Part shown: positions 63,486 to 64,000 of the stretch, one piece after another
How the letters are laid out: every line of letters begins with the position of its first letter
Numbering within the stretch: position 1 is the first letter of the stretch
Source of the DNA: an uncultured delta proteobacterium
Lineage (GTDB): Bacteria; Myxococcota; Kuafuiibacteriia; Kuafuiibacteriales; Kuafuiibacteriaceae
Direction: 5' to 3'
Length of the DNA stretch: 64,000 bases
Assembly (NCBI GenBank): GCA_963803435.1
Contig: CAWDML010000005.1
Location: 448,001-512,000 of the forward strand
Made by a program: the position numbers and the translations under genes
Notes under the pieces: model-generated
Database searches by the model: none
The model's input: the letters and a program-made list of their open reading frames with translations, nothing else
Told to the model about the DNA's origin: nothing

Positions 63486-64000
63486 GTTACCTGCGGATGT
63501 CAAACACCAGCCAAGGTCGAAACCCCGGACTCGCAACAAGAGAGGATCGGCCCGGTCGACCGGCTGGCCGAGGACCGCGGAGGCAGGATCGAAGGGGGCT
63601 ACGCCGGGGCGGCATTTGGGGATGCCGCTTTTCCCGGCTCCGCCCTGTGCCGGCCAGCCTCTGTTGAGATGAGTCGTCGCCCGCAACTTCGCTTGCAGCC
63701 CCCGATCACCTGATCGGCCAGACGAGGCGTGCGAGACGGCGCTCGAGTGCAGAACGGTCGCGCGTCGAGAGGGAGAAGTGAGCGTGGATCCGTCGGGCGA
63801 GCGAGCGAAAGTGGTCTCGATGGAGCTCGTCAGGCTGCTCGCGCAGGAGGCTTGCGGTCGAGTCGATCCAGAAGAAGCGATCGATCATCCGGTCCGCGGA
63901 GAGCGCGCGGTCGATGAGATCTCGGAGCGCGGCTTTGGGCTCTTGGTGAAGCGCGAGCACGGCGCGCTTCTGTTCGTCGAGGTGAGCGAGCCAGTGGTCT
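63486..64000 (-). mobile_element. 12-bp repeat plus the start of a second, tandem copy of the element
   Basis: 63486-64000 appears identical to 59937-60451 (period 3549 bp). Confidence 0.9.

Overview
High-GC bacterial DNA, probably Myxococcota-like (inferred from Cys-rich lipoproteins and a myxobacterial-type toxin), that is almost entirely accessory. From left to right: (1) 1-14.3 kb is a mosaic of IS1182-family remnants, a four-helix-bundle pseudogene, an AraC regulator, gene fragments, a polymorphic toxin-immunity pair, lipoproteins, RHS remnants and a ParE-type TA module. (2) A frameshifted tyrosine integrase is followed by an orphan 5' half of tRNA-Val(CAC) at 16363-16401, which looks like an att junction between tandem islands. 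(3) A defence cluster holds a Ser/Thr kinase, AbiEi/AbiEii, and an AvcD-like dCTP deaminase with a translationally coupled 67-aa ORF. (4) A ~22.5-kb energy/stress cargo holds adh, CDF, zwf, gnd, glgP, ackA, xfp, a PMM-like HAD, a complete N-ATPase operon and ppk2. (5) More fragments precede a mobile-element backbone: DUF6744-like, RavA-like AAA, vWA, Rad52/22 annealase, RecB-like nuclease and XRE repressor. (6) The most novel feature is a 3537-bp TG...CA element encoding two different DDE transposases. It has no clear terminal inverted repeats, is flanked by a 12-bp direct repeat from the gene it interrupts, and is followed immediately by a second copy. Many single-base frameshifts may be sequencing errors. 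Family assignments are from motif recognition by eye; no database searches were run.
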